Source of the DNA: the human T2T-CHM13v2.0 reference genome, Homo sapiens
Assembly: GCF_009914755.1 (NCBI RefSeq)
Contig: NC_060928.1
Strand: one strand, 5' to 3'
DNA length: 64,000 bases
Below the pieces are notes generated by a model. That model did not search any database. It saw nothing but the letters and a program-made list of their open reading frames with translations, and had not been told where the DNA came from. A program made the position numbers and the translations under genes. Positions 32,400 to 47,156 of the stretch are shown here, piece after piece. Numbering within the stretch: position 1 is the first letter of the stretch; every line of letters begins with the position of its first letter.

Positions 32400-33410
32400 G
32401 ATTCTACATGGATATCCAGCCGTTCCAGCACAATCTGGAGAAAAGGCAATCTTCTCCCCACTGAATTTCCTTTCTACCTTCAAAAAAAATCAATTGTCCC
32501 TATATACGCAGATCTATTCCTGGACTTTGTATTTTGTTCTGTTTTGATCTATTTGTATAATATGTCCATACTACACAACCAGGTAGTGTTAGTCCTCCAT
32601 TTATTCTTCTTCAGTATTGTTTTGGCTATTCTTGATGATTTGTGTTTCTATATAAGTTTTAGAATTAACTTGTCAGTTTCTTAAAAAAAATTTTAAAGCC
32701 TGCTGACATTTTTGTCTGGATTGCATTGAATCTATAGATTAATTTTTTGAGAAGAATGGACATTTTAGCAATACTGTTTTCCAACCCATGAATGAGCATA
32801 TTTCTTCATTTATTTAGGTCTTTTAAATTTTTTCTCAGCAATGTTTTAAAATTTTCAGTTCTTGCATATCTTTTATTAAGTTTATCCCAAAGTATATTTT
32901 ATCCTTTTGATGTTGTTTTAAGTAATTTTGTTTTATTTCAATTTCTGATTATTTTTATTGTATGGAGATACAATAGATTTTTGTATTATAATATCATGTC
33001 CTACAACCTTACTAAACTCAGTTACTGGCAAGTTGTTTTTTGTAGATTCTGTCGGATTTTTCACAGACAATCATGCTGTCTGCATGACCAGATCCTCCAG
33101 TTTATCTTTTTATAAACCTCCAGTTTATCATTTTATTTCTGATCTCAAGATAAAAGCATTCTGTTTTTCACTGTGAACTATTAAGTTAGCTATAGATTCT
33201 TGCTAACAGTTTTATTGGGTAGAGAAAATCCCTTTCTATTCCTGGCTTGACAAAATTTTTATCAGAAATTGATGTTGTATTCTTCAAGTGCTTTTTCTAT
33301 GTCTATTGAGATTATCATATACTTTTTGGGTTTTTTACATTGTTAGTATAGTGAATTATATTAATTGATTTTTAAATTAAAACAACCTTAAGTTTCTTGG
33401 CATCAATCCT
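32400..33410 (-). mobile_element. Old L1M ORF2 relic
   Basis: CATGGATATCCAG..TTCCAGCAC, TTTTAGAATTAACTTGTCAGTTTC, GGATTGCATTGAATCTATAGAT, CCCTTTCTATTCCTGG. Confidence 0.85.
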
Positions 33411-33719
33411 TCCTCCTGACTCTGAGGTTTGTGAGATATGAGAGACATTTAAGACATCTGTTAGCCAAGCGAAATGTAAAGCACAGACTCAGAAAAATGG
33501 GAAGTGGTAGGAGAGCTTTCTGACTACAGAGAGGCCAATCAGAAGGTGTAGGGGAAGAGTTATGCTAGTAGACTACAAGGCCTGGGACGGGCTGATGGTG
33601 AGTGGCATGGGCTACACTAGGACAAGAAGGTTCAGAGCATTAAGAAACACAAATATGGTTGAGGATTAAGCCATTTGGAGAATTTACACTATGGACGTTG
33701 ACTGAAAATTGAAAAATAA

Positions 33720-34480
33720 AGAAACAGACAAAAAATGATGAGGAGCAGATAGATGGCATGCTCTGAGAGTCCAGGCATTAAAAGCATCATCCCTGGAAGA
33801 TGTCAGTTGCAGCAACAGCAATATCTGCAGGATTTGACTGTAGCATTTTCTAAACAGCTCAGACCCTGTGGTCTCCATATGTGCAGGTTCTTAGGATAAA
33901 GCACATCCCAGAGATTGTGATATCTGTCATAGTCTAGGCCAGAGATGGTCACAGAGACTCAAGCCTGATTTTGACAGCTGTTGAATTTGAAGTACTAAAC
34001 TCTTGGTCACTTGTTGTTTCAGCAGGATACCATCTGTTTTATCTCCAATCAATCTTTGCCACCTTAGCTGTTGATATTTCATCCGTGAACTTTCATTTGG
34101 CATCTGGTGATATGCTCTTTGGCAGCACAGTTCCATGAAGTCAAAGGTCTTCCAGTTGCTTCTGGACTCCCATACTGGCTTCTGTCCATCTGCAGTGACA
34201 TTAAAGCTACTTATGCTGCTCCCAACCTGCCCTACAACACAAGTGGACTAAGCATCTATCTGCAGACTCTCAGAATGGCATAACCTAACTATTGGAAACG
34301 TTTTTGCACCATTCCTCTGTCCTGCTGTCCCATTACTGGCCTCCCTACTTTAGTCGGTTGATCCAGCCCCAACCATTCCCACTGAGGTTAACTTTGCTAT
34401 ATCCAATCGCATCCAAAGATAGAAATCACAATGCAAAATGTCAAGGCCTTTTAAACTATTATACTTTGGACAAGCCCTGA
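33720..34480 (-). mobile_element. Possible ancient non-L1 LINE relic (RTE/L4-like)
   Basis: Coding-like balanced composition; minus peptide CCQRAYHQMP..QQLRWQR..GILLKQQVTKSLVL loosely resembles the RTE post-RT region. Confidence 0.3.
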
Positions 34481-35727
34481 TACTCATCTTTTCCATTGCT
34501 AACATGGGATAGCTATATGATCAATAATATTATACTTATGCTCATTTGCACTTGTGTCTGAACAGATATGTTTAAGTCACACTCGAAGAATTAATATGGT
34601 AGCCCGAGTAAAATGGACTAGTTTGACTTCCATTTCATTTGACTACAGCCAACTTTGTTGGCATGTAGAGGTAAGCAGAGGACAAGCCCTAAAGAGTGTG
34701 ATCTATTTTTGCAATAAAACGCCATCTCCAAATGGGAAGCAATTGAAACACCACATGCCATAGTTTTACTGCAACAGGCCAAAATCTCTAGGGCTGACAG
34801 ACTATTTAGGATTTCTTGACTTCTCACAAGTGCAGAATATCCCCAAAACTTCCAATCATACTTGCAAATATCTTTTAGATTAGTCCACGTTGACTAAATG
34901 ATTATTTAAAAGCAATAAAACTTATCAAATAAAATATCATAGAAGTTTGTAGTACGTGTATATTCAAGTTAATGGTTCAGTGGGACATCTTGAAAATGTA
35001 TGTGCTGAAGACTGTCCTCTGAAAATGGGGTTACAAACAGCTATATTTGCTCAACTCACAGGCAAGATGAGTTCCAATAATGCGAATTGCTCTAGAATTC
35101 ATTATATTATGCTTTCTTTGAAATCTCAGTGTTAGAAGCCAATGACTCCAAAAGCAGCCCTTTCTCTTTACTAACTAAATGTCAGATTACCAGAAATTTT
35201 GAGTTTAGTAATTTGAACTTTCTTAGTGAGAAACAGTTAAAGATTTCTCCTTTTAAACTGTGCATGGTAAATTCTCCTTACCCAAATTCTCAAAAGTTGT
35301 AAAATCTACTGTCATATGGCACATGGAAAGGACATTAAAAATAATTTGGGCCAACCTCTTCAGCCTGGATTTTGTGAGTTGTTTAAAAAGACACTTTTAA
35401 ACTCTTGGTTCTGTGTTTAAAATACAGTGAGTGAAATTCATATTGAGACCACTATAAGTTTTCCAGGGATAAGAACCTAAGAAATGGTTAGAGTTACTTA
35501 AAACTCTCTTAGGACATTTCTGTATAAAGCCTGCATACATATACATGCTCACATGACCAACTAGATGACATACGGCCAGAAGGCACTCAAACTGCAGATT
35601 CACCTTTGTAAATCTTAAATAGGATAAATTCTTAAATTTGTATTCATCTAACAATAAGCATTTTGGAAAATGCATAAGATTTTTTCTTATTTTATATTAG
35701 TGTTTTTATCAACATTGTCAAGAGTAT

Positions 35728-36531
35728 TATATTGGTTATCTATTGTTGTATAACACACTACCCAAAAACATAATGTTTGAAAATGTTATCATAATAAGGA
35801 TTTATTATTTCTCATAATTTTGTGGTTACTGTGGAGTGGTTCTTTTGTAGAACTTGTGTGGACTCAACCATGTGACCACAATCAGCTGATGAGTTGGCTA
35901 GGGGTTGGACTCAGCTGGGAAAGCAGGGTCTCTCTCTGCATGTCGTCTTTAATCTTCAAGAAGGCTACGCTCCTTCATATGATGGAGGGAGTGTTCCAAG
36001 AAGGCAAGCCCTAATGCGCAAGTGGTTACCAAATGTCTGTTACTAATCCATGGGCCAAAGCAAGTCACATGGCCCATATCAAAGTCAATGTGGGTGTGAC
36101 GGTTTTATGTGTCAACTTGGTGAGGCTATAGTTCTCAATTATTTAATTAAACACAAATCTAGGTGTTATTATGAAGGCATTTTGTAGATGCAGTTACCAT
36201 CTACAATCAGTTGGCTTTAAGTAAAGGAGATTACTTTTGATAATGTGTATGTCCCTCATCCAATCAGCTGAAGATCTTAAGAGCAGAAACAGGTCTCACA
36301 GAGAAGAAATTCTGCCTCGAGACTGTAGTGTCAAATCCTGTCTGAGTTTCTAGCCTTGCCAGTCCCTACAATTGCATAAACCAATTCAATTCCTTAAAAT
36401 AAATTGCTTTATATATGTCCTGTTACTGTGTTTCCCTCAAAAACCCTGATCAATGCAGAGGGGAACAACATAAGAGAGTGAATATTGAGAGGCACAATAC
36501 ATTGGGGCCATTAATGTGGCAATCTACCACA
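35728..36531 (-). mobile_element. MLT1 (H-like) MaLR 3' LTR, split by MLT2
   Basis: TATATTGGTTATCTATTGTTGTATAACA..GGCCAAAGCAAGTCACATGGCCC..[MLT2]..TTGGGGCCATTAATGTGGCAATCTACCACA. Confidence 0.75.
36095..36457 (+). mobile_element. MLT2 (C/D-like) ERVL solo LTR
   Basis: TGTGACGGTTTTATGTGTCAACTTGG..CCCTCATCCAATCAGCTGAAG..AACCCTGATCAATGCA; TSD GTGGG/GAGGG. Confidence 0.85.
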
Positions 36532-36554
36532 GTTTGTCCTTGGACTCTGTATTT

Positions 36555-36966
36555 TTTTTTGTCCTCCAATAAGGAGTTTCCAAGGTGGGATCAGATAGGC
36601 CATAGGTGTATTAGGGGAAATGCTGTGAAAAATGGAGGGGAGTGAACCAGAGAAGGCATGGAGAGCCTTCAGATGTGATCCAGCTCTGACACCTTGGAGG
36701 AAGTGGGAAGAAGGAGGAATCTCAGATTGCAGGGCAGTTCTAACAAAGGTTCATCCAGGCCAATGGGGGGCTTTGAGCCAAAGTTGCCCATCTTAGGCAT
36801 CTCAAGACTCACTGGCATGGGACTCCATTAGTAATCCTGCAGTTGGAATAGGAAGCATGGACTCACATGAAAGCAGTAGTGGATCCAGACAGGCCAGTAG
36901 CTTCAGCTGTCACTCAACTGTGGTCTCCACAGCAGCTCTGAGTGGTACATTTTCATGGCTGCAACA
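36555..36966 (-). mobile_element. LTR16-like ERVL solo LTR
   Basis: GGAGAGCCTTCAGATGTGATCCAGCTCTGACACC..GAGCCAAAGTTGCCCATC..TTTTCATGGCTGCAACA. Confidence 0.65.
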
Positions 36967-37560
<594 letters not shown>

Positions 37561-38992
37561 GTTCTGGTTCTGGGAAAAAATTGGGTGGAAGTGTCTCTCC
37601 CACTGAATATAGCTCTCAAATCTGGCAGAATGGAATGGCTATTCTAGGAATCTGAAAAGTAACTAATAGCAGATAGATTAGAAAAGGAGGTCAGAATTCA
37701 AGTTCAAACAAACCAGTGGTAAATATTATACTTTTTTCCCCCCTTCTGGTATCCCCCAGCAACCTAGAAGTGGGCACTAAAGGACAAATAAAGAGAAGCC
37801 CTCTAGTTTTCTGGTGCAGAAAGCAAGGAAAGGAATGTAATACATTCAGAGCAAGGAAATCCCCTTTTTTCCTTTCTTCTTTTATTCTCGAACACTCTAA
37901 CCCCTAAGGAATCCCATGGTGATGCAAAAGCAAGAAATGGAGGCCTACAGGAGCCAAAATCCTGAGGGAGCTGAAATACCTCCCTGCTCAGTAGCGCTGC
38001 TTTAGCACTCGCTGCTTTTGTCTTCCATCCTACTCCTTGACTGTGGATTGAGATGAAGTTGTGCAAGTACACAACAGGGCAGGGTAACCAAAGCCCTGGA
38101 TTTCTAGCTGGAGGTCCAAAATAAGGACTCCTAGGGAACAAGAAAGTACTAGAAAGATTGTTGAGAAAGAAGAACTGAGAAAAGCAGCCTTATAGAGTTA
38201 CTAATGAATTCTTAAGTCTACCCCTATGCATCCTTAGATGTGATACACCACCACCCAGATCCAAGACGACTGGGCAGCACATATGTAGTGCAGACTCAAA
38301 CAAACTGCAAAGGATTTGAAAACTGAATTGGCACTGAAACCACAGCCTACAGAAGGCAGATTGGAACTTGTGACCTGAATCTGGCAGATTCAACTGCCTG
38401 CTAAAACAAAAAATATCAACATTCCCCTCAGGACTTAAACAAAATTCAGAGAATCATAACATAATACTCCAAATTTCCAGGATATGATCCAAAATTACAA
38501 AGCAAAGAACCAGAAAAGTCTCAATTCACATAGGAAAAGAAAATGAACCATTGCCAATGCTAACATGACACAGATATTGGAATTATCTTACAGCAAGCAA
38601 TCATGAACACTTGGAGCCAATGGAAAAACAAATTTTCTGCAAAAAAAAAATACATAAAGAAAATTCAAGGAAAATTTTAGAACTGAAAACACAATAACAG
38701 AAAAAAAAAAAAACGACTGAATGGTCTCAATAGCAGAATGGCAGAAAGATGATGAGGAAGAAAATCAGTGAGCTTGAAAATAGATCAATAAAAAGTACTC
38801 AATTTGAATATCAGAGAGAATAAAGATTTACAAAAATATTAATAGAGATACAGGAACGTATAGGAAAACAACAATAGGACTAACATTTGTGTCAGCGGAG
38901 TCAGTCAAGGAAAGAAGAAAGATAAAATGCTAATGGCTATAATTCCCCCAATTTGATGAAAGACATAAATCTACACATTAAAGAATAATGGC
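37561..38992 (+). mobile_element. Old L1M 5' UTR and ORF1 N-part
   Basis: ATGACACAGATATTGGAATTATC..AATTTTAGAACTGAAAACACAATAAC..AATCAGTGAGCTTGAAAATAGATCAATA..AATTCCCCCAATTTGATGAAAGACATAAATCTACACATT. Confidence 0.75.
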
Positions 38993-41568
38993 TTTTTTTT
39001 TTTTCCAAGATGTCAGATAGGAGGCAGTGTTAGCATGTCTCTCCTACTTGGAAGGACAGAATTGTGGGTAGAGATTCACACTGTGAACTTTTTTCTCCCA
39101 AGAACCGCCACAGGAATTTACCAGGAAAACCAAAAGAATTCACAGATCCTTTGAAAGAAGCAGCAGGCTGCGGCCTATTGTGTGAGACAGGCAACAAATT
39201 GTAAGTTACCAGAGTGTGAGAGGGAGTGAGCTTGCCTCCAAACACACATCCGCACTAGGAAATCTGCAAATCTAGATCACTGGAGAAGACCTTAACTTTA
39301 CCCAGAGTTGGAATGGATTTAGGGAGTGGTGTGAAATATAAAAGTAAAAGCAGCAGCAGGAAGTGTCTTTGTAGGCATTTCCAGTTTCCAGCCTGAGCTC
39401 AGGAAAACCAGCCTTGATTATCTCACAGGGGCCCTTGGGGAAGGCAGCCAACAAACTCAAGGAGTTGTGCAGGTTAAAAGAAATTCCTGACTGAATTCTG
39501 TGAGATAATTTTGAGTGGGGATGAACTCCCTTGAACAGAATCTGGGGGTCAGCAGGAAGTGTGCTACAGACTGGAGCTGGGTGCCTGGCCTGTGTAGCTC
39601 TGCTGGGTGCCTGGCCATACCAGCAGACAGGGAGGGACATGGCCAGAAAGCTGTGCTTGCTATCTCTGCAGGGAGGCTTATGGCCTGGGGTAGGTCTGAG
39701 TTCTGTGCACAGGCTGCCTGGATCTAAACCTGGTGTTGCTAGTGGGACACTGTGAGATCAAGACCAGCCTCACCAACTGCACAGGAGCTGGTGAGGTCTG
39801 CTGCTGCTGGCTACTCCCCACTCCCCTTGTGAACTCTTCTGCACAGCAGAGACAGTTATACTCCCCTTTGATACATTACCTCAGCAGCCTGAGAACTACC
39901 TCCCATCCCCCACAGTGGCTGCAGCAGGCCCCACCCAAGAAGAGTCTGAGCCCAGACCCACCTAACACAAAGGATGTAAACTTTTGGGACCTTTATGGCT
40001 CCGCCCATTAATTGAGAAACCAGAATATTTCCTTTGGCCAATTTAAGGCAAGCTCAAATCCCACAGCTGACACCACAGCTGGTGCTCTCTTGCAAGTGCC
40101 ACCTCCTGCCTGGAGGCCAACCAACACAGGCCATTACATCACCTTTTGGCTGAATAACACTGCACCCAGGAAGGGGAAAACGGCTTCCAACACCACTGCC
40201 TGCAACATCCTGGCTAACTAGACACCCTGAATCTGTCCGCATGACAAGTTTACTATTAGCATAACCAGCATTTGAGGAAGCCAGCACATTAAACCTAATT
40301 AAAACCAAGGAATTTCACAAAGTTACATTACTCCCCTGCCGTTTCCATCAGACCAGGTGCTGGTATCCACCGTTGGGAGACTTGAAGACAGGTCACATCA
40401 CTGGATCCTTTGCAGACATTCCCCAGCACCTGCCCAGAGCCTGGTAGCCCCACTGAGTGACTAGACCCAGAAGGGCAATAACAATCACTGCAGTCCAGCT
40501 CTGCAGTCCTTCCCCATTCTTAGGGGAAGGGGGAGAGCACCACATCAAGGGATCACTCCATGGGACAAAGGAATCTAAACAGCAAGTCTTGAGTCCCAGA
40601 TCTTTCTGCTGGTGGGAAGTTTCTTATAGAAGAGACATAATTGCAGTGCTGGGAGCAGTAGAGAAAGTCTACACCTCTACCCTAACAGGCAGGCAGCTTC
40701 TGTGATCATGAAGAGCCTTGGAGAAGCAGTCCTTATTCCCTCTGGCACACCACTGCAGACACAGTTGAGGCTTCTTCCATGGGAACACAGTGTGGAAGCA
40801 ACCTACAGACAGCCTTCCTGGAACAATTCAGGGTGATTGCAGTCCACCATGAGGAGTACTCCTCAGATTTAGGCCTGCATGAGAGGCAGAGTCACAAGTC
40901 CTCCCTACTTGGAACATCAACATTCCTACAGATGAAAAGAGGTGCCTGTCTCATCTGAATAGCCAGAACACTGGGACAAGAGTGAGGGTGTGAGATGGAT
41001 AGCTTTCCTGCTGGCCTGGAAGAGGAGCTGAAGTATATCCCACTCTTACCATCATAAAATTTCATCTAATTGAGAGCTCCCCCAGCCACTTTCATCAAGG
41101 CTGGGACCTCTGCCCACCATTGGGTGTTATATCTCCCCAGCTTCCCTAGCTACGACCAGTGCCTACCCAGGGATACCTTCCCTATTGGTCTGAGGCCTGA
41201 ATCATCAACTCAGTAAATAAAATACTGGGGAAGAATTAAATAAATAAATAAGTGTACACTATGAGAGAATGAGACACTTCAAGGGATCCCTGCTATTCCA
41301 AACCCATAGGAGACAGTTAACTTACCCACAGACCACACACATAACTACTATAACCAGCATAAGGGAAAGCCCCATTGCACAAAGACTGTCTATAACTAAG
41401 GAACTCATACAGAGTCTTCACCCTAAAAGCACCAAGAATCAAGTTAGGCTAAAATAAACTATAAACATTAAAGTTCAATCTTTAAGATGGAAAAAAGAAA
41501 TTTAAAAACAAAAACACAGCCCAACCAAAAATAAATCCAAGAACAATTTGAAGAAACAGTCAACCCAA

Positions 41569-42565
41569 ATGAGAAGGAACCAGAAAAGTATGACAAAACA
41601 GGGTTCTATAACAGCCCCAAAAGATCACGCTAGCTCCCTAGCAATGGATCCAAAACAAGAAGAAATCTCTGAAATGTCAGATAAAGAATTCAGGAGGTTG
41701 ATTATTAAGCTACTCAAGGAGATACCAGAGAAAGGTGAAAACCAAATTAAAGAAATTTAAAAAAAATCCAGGATATGAATGAAAATTTTTCCAGAGAAAC
41801 AGATATCACAAAGAAAAAATAATCAGAACTTCTGGAAATGAAAGACACACTTGGGGAAATACAAAATGCAGTGGAAAGTTTCAGCAATAGACTAGAGCAA
41901 GTAAAAGAAGGAACTTCAGAGCTCAAAGACAAGGCTTTTGAATTAGCCCAAATCAGACAAAGAAAAAAGAATTTTAAAAAATGAACAAAGTCTCCAAGAA
42001 ATATGGGATTATGTAAAATGGCCAAACCTAAGAATAATTGGTGTTCCTGAGGGAGAAGAGATGTCTAAAAGTTTGGAAAATTTATTTAAGGAAAAAAATA
42101 AGGAAAACTTCCCTGGCCTTGCTATATAGATCTAGACATCCAAATACAAGAAGCTCAAAGAACTTCTGGGAAATTCATCAAAAAAGATCATCACCAAGGC
42201 ACATAGTCATCAGGCTTTTTAAAGTCAAGATGAAGGAAAGAGTCTTAAGAGCTATGTTACAAAAGCATCAGGCAACCTATAAAGGAAATCCTATCAGATT
42301 AACAGCGGATTTCTCAGGAGAAACTGTATAAGCCAGAAGGGATTGGGGTCCTATGTTTAGCCTCTTTAAACAAAATAATTGTCAGCCCCAAATTTTGTAT
42401 CCAGCAAAACTAAGCTTCATAAATTAATGAGAGATAGTCTTTTTCAAACAAATGCTGAGAGAATTCGCCACTACCAAGCCACAACTACAAGAACTGCTAA
42501 AAGGAGCTCTAAATCTTGAAACAAATCCTGTAAACACATCAAAACAGAACCTCTTTAAAGCATAA
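41569..42565 (+). pseudogene. L1PB ORF1p relic
   Basis: MRRNQK..MDPKQEEISEMSDKEFRRLIIKLLKEI and SSPRHIVIRL..KGNPIRLTADFS fragments in different frames. Confidence 0.85.
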
Positions 42566-42646
42566 ATCACAGGACCTACAAAATAAAAATACAAGTAAAA
42601 AAACACAAAAAACAAAAAACAAGGTACCCAGGCAACAAACAGCACA

Positions 42647-45600
42647 ATGAATGCAACAGTACCTCACATCTCAATACTAACATTGAATATAAATGGCCTA
42701 TATGCTCCACTTAAAAGATACAGAACTGCAGAATGGATAAGAACTCATTAACCAACTATCTGCTGCCTTTAGGAGGCTCTCCTAACACATAAGGACTCAC
42801 ATACACTCAAAGTAAAGAGGTGGAAAAAGACATTTCATGCAAATGGACACCAAAAGCGAGCAGGAGTAGCTATTCTTTTATCAGACACAAAAAACTTTAA
42901 GACAACAGCAGTTAAAAGAGACAAAGAAGGAGATTACATAATGATAGACGGCCTTGTCCAACGGGAAAATATCACAATCCTAAACATATATGCACCTAAC
43001 ACTAGATCTCTTAAATTTATAAACCAATTACTAATAGACCTAAGGAAAGAGATAGACAGCAACATAATAATAGTGGGGGACTTCAACACTCCACTGACAG
43101 CACTAGACAGGTCATCAAGACAGAAAATCCACAAAGAAACAATTCAAACTATACCTTGGAACAAATGGACTTAACAGATATATACAGAACATTTCATTCA
43201 ACAACCACAGAATACATGTTCTACACAACAGTGCTTGGAACTTTCTCCAAGACAGACCATATGATAGGCCATAAAATGAGCCTCAATAAATTTAAGAAAA
43301 TTGAAATTATATCGAGCACTCTCTCAGTGGAATAAAACTGGTAATCAACTCAAAAAGAAACCTTCAAAACTATGCAAATACATGGAAATTAAATAACCTG
43401 CTCCTGAATGATCACTGGGTCAAAAACGAAATCAAGATGGAAATTTTAAAGTTCTTTGAACTGAATGACAATAATGACACAACCTATCAAAACCTCTGGG
43501 ATACAGGAAAGGTGGTACTAAGAGGAAAGTTCATATCCCTAAATGCCTACATCAAAAAGACTGAAAGAGCACAAACCAACATCCTAAGGTCACATCTCAA
43601 GGAACTAGAGAAACAAGAACAAACCAAAACCAAATCCAGCAGAAGAAAGGAAATAACCAAGATCAGAGCAGAACTAAATGAAGTTGAAACAACAACAAAC
43701 AACAAAAAAGATAAATGAAACAAAATGCTGGTTCTTTGAAAAGATAAATAAAATTGATAAGCCATTAGCAAGATTAACCAAGAAAAGAAGAGAGAAAGTC
43801 CAAATAACCTTATTAAGAAACGAAACAGGAGATATTACAACTGACACCACTGAAATACAAAAGATCATTCAAGGCTGCTATGAATACCTTTACACACATA
43901 AACTAGAAAACCTAGATGAGATGGATAAATTCCTGGAAAAATATAACCCTTCTAGCTTAAATCAGGAAGAATTAGATACCCTGAACAGACCAATAACAAG
44001 CAGCAAGATTGAGATGGTAAGTTAAAAATTACCAGCAAAAAAAAAAAAAGTCCAGGACCAGACGGATTTACAGCAGAATTCTATGAGATGTTCAAAGAAG
44101 AATTGGTACCATCCTTCTGACAGTATCTCACAAGATAGAGAAAGAAAGAACACTCCATAATTCATTCTATGAAGTCAGCATCACCCTAATACCAAAACCA
44201 GGAAGGGACATGACCAAAAAAGAAAACTATAGACCAATATTCTTGATGAGCATAGATGCTGAAATCATTAACAAAATACTAGCTAACTGAATCCAACACT
44301 AACTGAATCCAACAACATATCAAAAAGATAATCCACCATGATCAAGTGGGTTTCATACCAGGAAAGCAGGGATGGTTAAACATATGTGAGTCAATAAACA
44401 ATTAAAAACAAAAATCACATTATCATCTCAATAGATGCAGAAAAAGCATTTAACAAAATCCAGCATCATTTTATGATTAAAACAAACTCTCAGCAAAATC
44501 AGCATACTAGGGACATACCTCAATGTAATAACACCTATCTATGACAAGCCCACAGCCAACATAATATTGAATGGGAAAAGTTGACAGCATTCCCTCTGAG
44601 AACTGGAACAAGACAAGGATGCCCACTCTCACAACTCCTCTTCAACATAGTACTGGAAGTCCTAGCCAGAACAATCAGAAGAGAGAAAGAAATAAAGGGC
44701 ATTCAAATCGGTAAAGAGGAAGTCAAACTGTCACTGTTTGCTGATGATATGATGGTTTACCTTGAAACCCCTAAAGACTCCTCCAGAAAGCTACTAGAAC
44801 TGATAAAAGAATTTAGCAAAGTTTCCAGATACAAGATGAATGTACAAAAGTCAGTAGCTCTTCTATACACCAACAGCGACCAAGCAGAGAATCAAATAAA
44901 AACTCAACCTCTTTTACAACAGCTCCAAAAAAAAAAAAAAAAAAAGGAATATACCAAACCAAGGAGGAGAAAGACCTCTACAAGGAAAACTGCAAAACAC
45001 TGCTGAAAAGAAATCATAGATGACACAAACAAATGGAATCACATCCCATGCTCATGGATGGGTAGAATCAATATTGTGAAAATGACCATACTGCTAAATG
45101 CAATCTACAAATTCAATGCAATCTCCATCAAAATGCCACCATCATTCTTCACAGAATTAGAAAAAGCAATTTTAAAATTCGTATGGAACCAAAAAAGAGC
45201 CCATGGATAGCCAAAACAAGACTAAGCACAAAGAACAAATCTGGAGGCATCATACAACCTGATTTCATACTGTACTATAAGGCACAGTCACCAAAACAGC
45301 ATGGTACTGGTATAAAAACAGGCACATATACCATTGGAATAGAACAGAGAACCCAGAAATAAAGCCAAGTACTTACAGCCATCTGATCTTCAACAATTCA
45401 AACAAAAACATAAAGTGGGGAAAGGACACCCTTTTCAGCAAATGGTGCTGGGATAACTGGCTAGCCACATGTAGGAGAATGAAACTGGACCTTCATCTTT
45501 CACCTTATACAAAAATCAACTCAAGATGGATTAAGAACTTCAATCTAAGACCCCAAGTTATAAAAATTCTGGAAGATAACATTGGAAAAACCCTTCTAGA

Positions 45601-46468
45601 CATTGGCATAGGCAAGGATTTCATGACAAAGAACCCAAAAGCAAATGCAATAAAAACAAAGATAAATAGTTGGGACTTAATTAAATTAAAGAGCTTTTGC
45701 ATGGTGTAAAGAACAGTCAGCAGAGTAAACAGACAACCCACAAGGAGGGAAAATATCTTCACAATCTGTATATCTGACAAAGGACTAATATCTAGAATCC
45801 ACAACGAACTCAAACAAATCAGTAAGAAAAAAAAACATTAAAAAGTGGGCTAAGGACATGAATAAAGAATTCTCAAAAGAAGGCATACAAATGGCCAAAA
45901 ACATATGAAAAAAATGCTCAACATCACTAACGATCAGGGAAATGCAAATCAAAACCACAATGCAACACCACCTTAATCCTGCAAGAATGTCCATAATCGA
46001 AAAATCAAAAAACAGTAGATGTTGGTGTGGATGTGGCGATCAGAGAACACTTCTACACTGCTGGTGGGAATGTAAACTAGTACAGCCACTATGGAAAACA
46101 GTGTGGAGATTCCTTAAATAACTACAAGTAGAACTACCATTTGATCAAGCAGATACTGGATCCAGTAGATACTGGGTATCTACCCAGAGGAAAAGAAGTC
46201 TTTATATGAAAAATATACTTGCACATGCATGTTTATAGCAGCACAATTCACAATTGCAAAATCATGGAACCAACCCAAATGCCCATCAATCAAGGAGTTG
46301 ATAAAGAAACTGTGGTATATGCATATGATGGAATACTACTCAGCCATAAAAAGAAAAGAATTAACTGCATTTGCAGAGACCTGGATGGACTGGAGACTAT
46401 TATAGCAAGTGAAGTAACAGGAATGAAAAACCAAACATCATATGTTCTCACTGATATGTGGGAACTAA
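42647..46468 (+). pseudogene. L1PB ORF2p relic
   Basis: Fragments [38 protein letters not shown] and [13 protein letters not shown], with many frameshifts. Confidence 0.9.
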
Positions 46469-46676
46469 GCTATGAGGACGCAAAGACATAAGAATGATAT
46501 GATGGACTTTAGGGACTTGGGGGGAGGGCGGGAGGGGAACGAGGGATAAAAGACTTCAAATAGGGTGCAGTGTATACTGCTTGGGTGATGGGTGCACCAA
46601 AATCTCACAAATGACTGTTGAAGAACTTACGTAACATAATACCACTTGTACCCCAATAACTTATGGGGTAAAAAAG

Positions 46677-47156
46677 GAAAAAGCACATGCACATGAATGT
46701 TTATAGCAGCACAATTCGCAGTTGTAAAAATATGGAACCAACCTAAGTGTTCATCAGCCAGTGAATGGATAAAGAAAACATGGCCTATATAACGTCATGG
46801 AATACTACTCAGCCATAAAAAGGAACAAAATAATGTCCTTTGCAGCAACTTGGATGGAGCTGGAGGACATTATTCTAAGTGAAATAACTCAAGAATATAA
46901 AACCAAATATAGCATATTCTTACTTACATGTGGGAGCTAAGCTATGAAGATGCAAAGGCATAAGAATGATACAATTGACTTTGGGGACACAGTGGGGAAG
47001 GCTGGAAGGAGGAGGGATTAAAGACTACATATTGGGTACAGTGTACACTGCTTGGGTGACAGGTGTACCAAAATCTCAGAAAATACCACTAAAGAACTTA
47101 CTCATGTAACCAAAAACCACCGTACCCCCAAAAAAACTATTGAAACTTTTTTAAAA
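46677..47156 (+). mobile_element. Second L1PB 3' end (L1PB2/3-like)
   Basis: Repeats the end of ORF2 and the 3' UTR (GGGAGCTAAGCTATG..CATATTGGGTACAGTGTACACTGC..AAAAACTATTGAAA) with different diagnostics from 46210-46676. Confidence 0.88.

Larger units (their letters stand above)
38993..46676 (+). mobile_element. Full-length L1PB (L1PB1-type 3' end), ~2.6-kb 5' UTR
   Basis: CCAAGATGTCAGATAGGAGGC 5' end; decayed ORF1 and ORF2; 3' UTR GGGTGCAGTGTATACTGC..CCCCAATAACTTATGG; degenerate TSD AAAGAATAATGGC (38980-38992) / AGAGGATCATGGC (47157-47169). Confidence 0.92.
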
